A DNA stretch of 28,060 bases, from positions 1 through 28,060 of IMG/VR virus record IMGVR_UViG_3300027586_000038; one strand, 5' to 3'. The notes under the pieces were generated by a model. The model was not told the origin of the DNA, ran no database searches, and was given only the letters and a program-made list of their open reading frames with translations. Origin of the DNA: a virus. Lineage: Duplodnaviria > Caudoviricetes. The first letter of the stretch is position 1. Every line of letters starts with the position of its first letter. This document shows, piece by piece, positions 25,182 through 28,060 of the stretch. Made by a program: the position numbers and the translations under genes.

Positions 25182-25190
25182 AGTGTAACA
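25182..25190 (-). promoter_or_regulatory. Extended -10 element TGTTACACT
   Basis: Identical 9-mer to the leftward element at 8304-8312. Confidence 0.45.
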
Positions 25191-25203
25191 CAGGATTAAA
25201 CAT

Positions 25204-27678
25204 ATGGCTACTGAAATGCCCATTGAACAAGAATTTGGCCGAAACATTGACGGCGTACAAGCAACAGATGAAGAAATGATTGTTGATGTGCCTGAGATGG
25301 ACGACGCTGATATTGAGGAAACCCCTGATGGTGGCGCAATTGTCACCATGCCTGATGACTTTAAGGGCCCGTCGGATGACACTGATTTTTATGAGAATTT
25401 GGCTGAAACGGTCAACCTCATAGACTTGAGCAAGCTGACAATGCGCTACCTTGACATGTTGGACAAAGACAAAGAGGCGCGGAAGAAGCGGGATAAGCAG
25501 TACGAGGATGGCATCAAAAGGACTGGCTTGGGGGATGAGGCCCCCGGTGGCGCTAACTTCATGGGCGCCAGCCGCGTTGTCCACCCTGTTATGGCTGAGG
25601 TCTGCGTTGACTTTGCCGCCAGCGCCATCAAAGAGTTGTTCCCACCCGATGGCCCAGTGCGCACCAACATCCTCGGCGAAGTAACTGATGAAAAGACCGA
25701 GGTTGCAGAGCGTAAGCGCGACTACATGAACTGGCAGTTGACCGAGCAGATCCCTGAGTTTAGAGATGAGACAGAGCAACTGCTTACCCAGCTACCCCTT
25801 GGTGGCTCACAGTACATGAAGATGTGGTTTGATGAGAAGCTTCGCCGCCCCTGCGCTGAGTTCATCCCCATTGACAACATTCTGTTGCCCTTTGCCGCCG
25901 CAAACTTCTACTCTGCACAGCGCGTATCTGAGATTCAAGACATCACTGATTGGGAGTTTGAGACTCGCATTAAGTCAGGCTTGTACCGCGACATTACCTA
26001 CATTCGCGCAAGTTCGGATCCTGAGGAGAGTGGCCCACAACAAGCGACAAACGAGATTGAAGGTAAAGAAAGCGATGAAAACGACGACGGTTTGCGTCGC
26101 GTTTTTCACATCTACACATGGCTTGAGCTTGAAGATGATGGTTTTTCTGACGGCGAGATGGCTCCCTATATCCTGATGATTGATGAGACCGAGAACAAAG
26201 TGCTTGGTTTGTATCGAAATTGGGAGATGGGCGACAAAGCCATGGAAAAGCTGGACTGGGTTATTGAGTTTAAGTTCATCCCATGGCGTGGTGCATACGC
26301 AATTGGCTTGCCACACCTGATTGGCGGGCTCTCAGCGGCGCTTACAGGCGCTTTAAGGGCACTTTTGGACACCGCACACGTCAACAACTCGCTGACGATG
26401 CTGAAGCTCAAGGGTGGGCGCAACAGTGGACAGACGCAACAGCCTGAAATGACGCAGGTGACGGAGATCGAGGCGGCGCCGGGCATCGACGACATCCGCA
26501 AGATTGCCATGCCCATGCCATTCAACCCCCCAAGCCCTGTTTTGTTTGAGCTTTTGGGCTGGTTGGACAACGCCGCCAAGGGCGTCGTCAGCACCGCAGA
26601 GGAAAAGATTGCGGACATGAACACAAACATGCCCGTTGGCACCACACAGGCGCTGATTGAGCAGGGAGCCAAGGTATTTAGCTCCATCCACGCCCGTTTG
26701 CACGATTCACAGCGCCGCGTTCTTGGTGTTTTGGGTCGAATCAACCGTTGGTACTTGAATGAACAGAAAAAAGGCGACATGGTTGCCGATTTGGCGGTCA
26801 CCAAACAAGATTTTGAGCGCAATACCGACGTTGTGCCCGTATCTGACCCCCACATCTTCAGCGAAACCCAGCGTATGGCGCAAAGCCAAGCTGTTTTGGC
26901 GCTCATGGAGAAGTATCCCAACGAGTTCAACCAAAAAGCGGTGCTTGGGCGCATCTTGAAGCAAATGAAGGTGCCAAATATCTCGGAATTGATGCCAGCG
27001 GCGGCAAAACCCGACGAATTAGATGCCGCAAACGAAAACGCGGCTATGGCATTAGGTAAACCAGCCTTTGCATACCCGCGTCAAGACCAATTGGCACACA
27101 TTCAAGCCCACTTGAACTTTGCGCTTGATCCAATCATGGGATCTAACCCGCTGATTGCTCAGGTCTACATACCGCAGGCTTTGGAACACATCAAGCAACA
27201 CATGATGCTGTGGTACACAAACCAAATGACGACCTACGTCACTGGTGGAACAGATATCACGCTTCAGAAGTACGAGAAAAACAAGCTTGCCAGCACGGTT
27301 GACAAAGCTGTTGCGTTGGCGTCTGACCACGTCAAGATTGATACGGCAAAGACCTTTGAAAAGGTTGTTCCTATATTGCAACAGCTTGGACAAATGATGG
27401 CTCAGTTTGCTCCCAAGCCTCCAGTGGATGCCGAGTCTCAAGCTGTGTTGCAGGCGTCTATGGCAGAGACCCAACGCCGCACCGCACGCGATCAGGTGGA
27501 AATGGAACTGAAGAAAAAAGACCAAGAGATCGACGTAGCTATGAATGTCGAAAAACTTTTGACACAAGAGCGCATGAAGACCGCAGACCTCAGCGTAGAG
27601 GAAGCAAAGCTCAAGCGAGAGCAAGAGCAAACAGTGCTTGAACTGAATCAAGCAACCCAACGTAACTTAGGAGAGTAA
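25204..27678 (+). CDS. Portal protein (P22-like head-tail connector)
   Basis: 824 aa after terL; HPVMAE, YMNWQL, PVGTTQALIEQG and PVSDP motifs; C-terminal coiled-coil barrel. Confidence 0.88.
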   Translation: MATEMPIEQEFGRNIDGVQATDEEMIVDVPEMDDADIEETPDGGAIVTMPDDFKGPSDDTDFYENLAETVNLIDLSKLTMRYLDMLDKDKEARKKRDKQYEDGIKRTGLGDEAPGGANFMGASRVVHPVMAEVCVDFAASAIKELFPPDGPVRTNILGEVTDEKTEVAERKRDYMNWQLTEQIPEFRDETEQLLTQLPLGGSQYMKMWFDEKLRRPCAEFIPIDNILLPFAAANFYSAQRVSEIQDITDWEFETRIKSGLYRDITYIRASSDPEESGPQQATNEIEGKESDENDDGLRRVFHIYTWLELEDDGFSDGEMAPYILMIDETENKVLGLYRNWEMGDKAMEKLDWVIEFKFIPWRGAYAIGLPHLIGGLSAALTGALRALLDTAHVNNSLTMLKLKGGRNSGQTQQPEMTQVTEIEAAPGIDDIRKIAMPMPFNPPSPVLFELLGWLDNAAKGVVSTAEEKIADMNTNMPVGTTQALIEQGAKVFSSIHARLHDSQRRVLGVLGRINRWYLNEQKKGDMVADLAVTKQDFERNTDVVPVSDPHIFSETQRMAQSQAVLALMEKYPNEFNQKAVLGRILKQMKVPNISELMPAAAKPDELDAANENAAMALGKPAFAYPRQDQLAHIQAHLNFALDPIMGSNPLIAQVYIPQALEHIKQHMMLWYTNQMTTYVTGGTDITLQKYEKNKLASTVDKAVALASDHVKIDTAKTFEKVVPILQQLGQMMAQFAPKPPVDAESQAVLQASMAETQRRTARDQVEMELKKKDQEIDVAMNVEKLLTQERMKTADLSVEEAKLKREQEQTVLELNQATQRNLGE

Positions 27679-27680
27679 AC

Positions 27681-27851
27681 ATGGCTACAAACAGCAAAAT
27701 TGGTGGCACACCAGCAGGCCCCACACGTCAACACTACCGCTTGGCAACAGGCGAAGACGTGACCAAAAGTCAAACATCTACAGCGTCCAACAGTGGAAAA
27801 AAGAGTGGTGGCTTGTCCACCATGAAGTCGTCTAAAGGCAAGAGCAAGTAA
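27681..27851 (+). CDS. 56-aa basic peptide with KKSGGLSTMK motif (absent from the ORF track)
   Basis: AGGAG RBS, hand translation, TAATG coupling to the next gene. Confidence 0.75.
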   Translation: MATNSKIGGTPAGPTRQHYRLATGEDVTKSQTSTASNSGKKSGGLSTMKSSKGKSK

Positions 27852-28033
27852 TGCGTTTAATCAATGACCTCATAAGCGCTGTAAAAGCGCGTCAAACAGA
27901 GATCAGGTACTCGTTGGTTGATGGCAACGCTATTAACTTTGAGTCCTATCAACGAATGGTGGGTCAATACTCAGGATTGCAGGAGTCGTTAGACATCCTT
28001 GATAACTTAATGAAAGAAAAAGACGATGAGTGA
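27851..28033 (+). CDS. Small head-module hypothetical protein, 60 aa
   Basis: FESYQRMVGQYSGL pattern typical of genes following the portal in this phage type. Confidence 0.75.
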   Translation: MRLINDLISAVKARQTEIRYSLVDGNAINFESYQRMVGQYSGLQESLDILDNLMKEKDDE

Positions 28034-28060
28034 AAGCACGGTAGCGGGTAATGCCGCTGA
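28026..28060 (+). CDS. Start of the next head-module gene (3'-truncated)
   Basis: ATG overlaps the previous gene end (MSESTVAGNAA...); too short to assign. Confidence 0.4.
   Translation, partial: MSESTVAGNAA

Noticed and set aside
25168-27660. Long minus-strand ORFs (203, 262 and 202 aa) opposite the portal
   Set aside because: Antisense shadows of a codon-biased gene, with no recognisable motifs

Overview
A 28-kb segment of a tailed dsDNA phage with P22/podovirus-like organisation. The gene families suggest an uncultured aquatic phage of Betaproteobacteria (inference). Layout: end of the virion module (internal/ejection proteins, a lytic transglycosylase protein, terminator; 1-5468); a leftward recombination operon (membrane peptide, SSB-like protein, PD-(D/E)XK nuclease; 5467-8225); a rightward operon with Cro, two tandem DUF1376/YdaU proteins with an iteron-like origin, a TAGT/GREB1-like glycosyltransferase cassette, RusA, small nin-like ORFs and a Ref-like HNH nuclease (8339-13687); promoter-led accessory cassettes (DUF932, a stand-alone sigma70 region-4 protein; 13691-16805); a structured intergenic RNA candidate; then terS, terL, two large cargo-like genes and the portal. 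The most striking system is the 1393-aa protein between terL and portal. It consists of four modules (unknown, PcfJ-like, unknown, ADP-ribosyltransferase-like) joined by repeated GGL-x-x-M-x-K-GG/SLADQVRAEM linkers, and related GG motifs recur in other virion proteins. This suggests a protease-processed, capsid-loaded effector polyprotein, with a small antisense gene nearby. No integrase, CI repressor, tRNA or CRISPR array was seen. Family assignments are from motif recognition by eye, not database searches.
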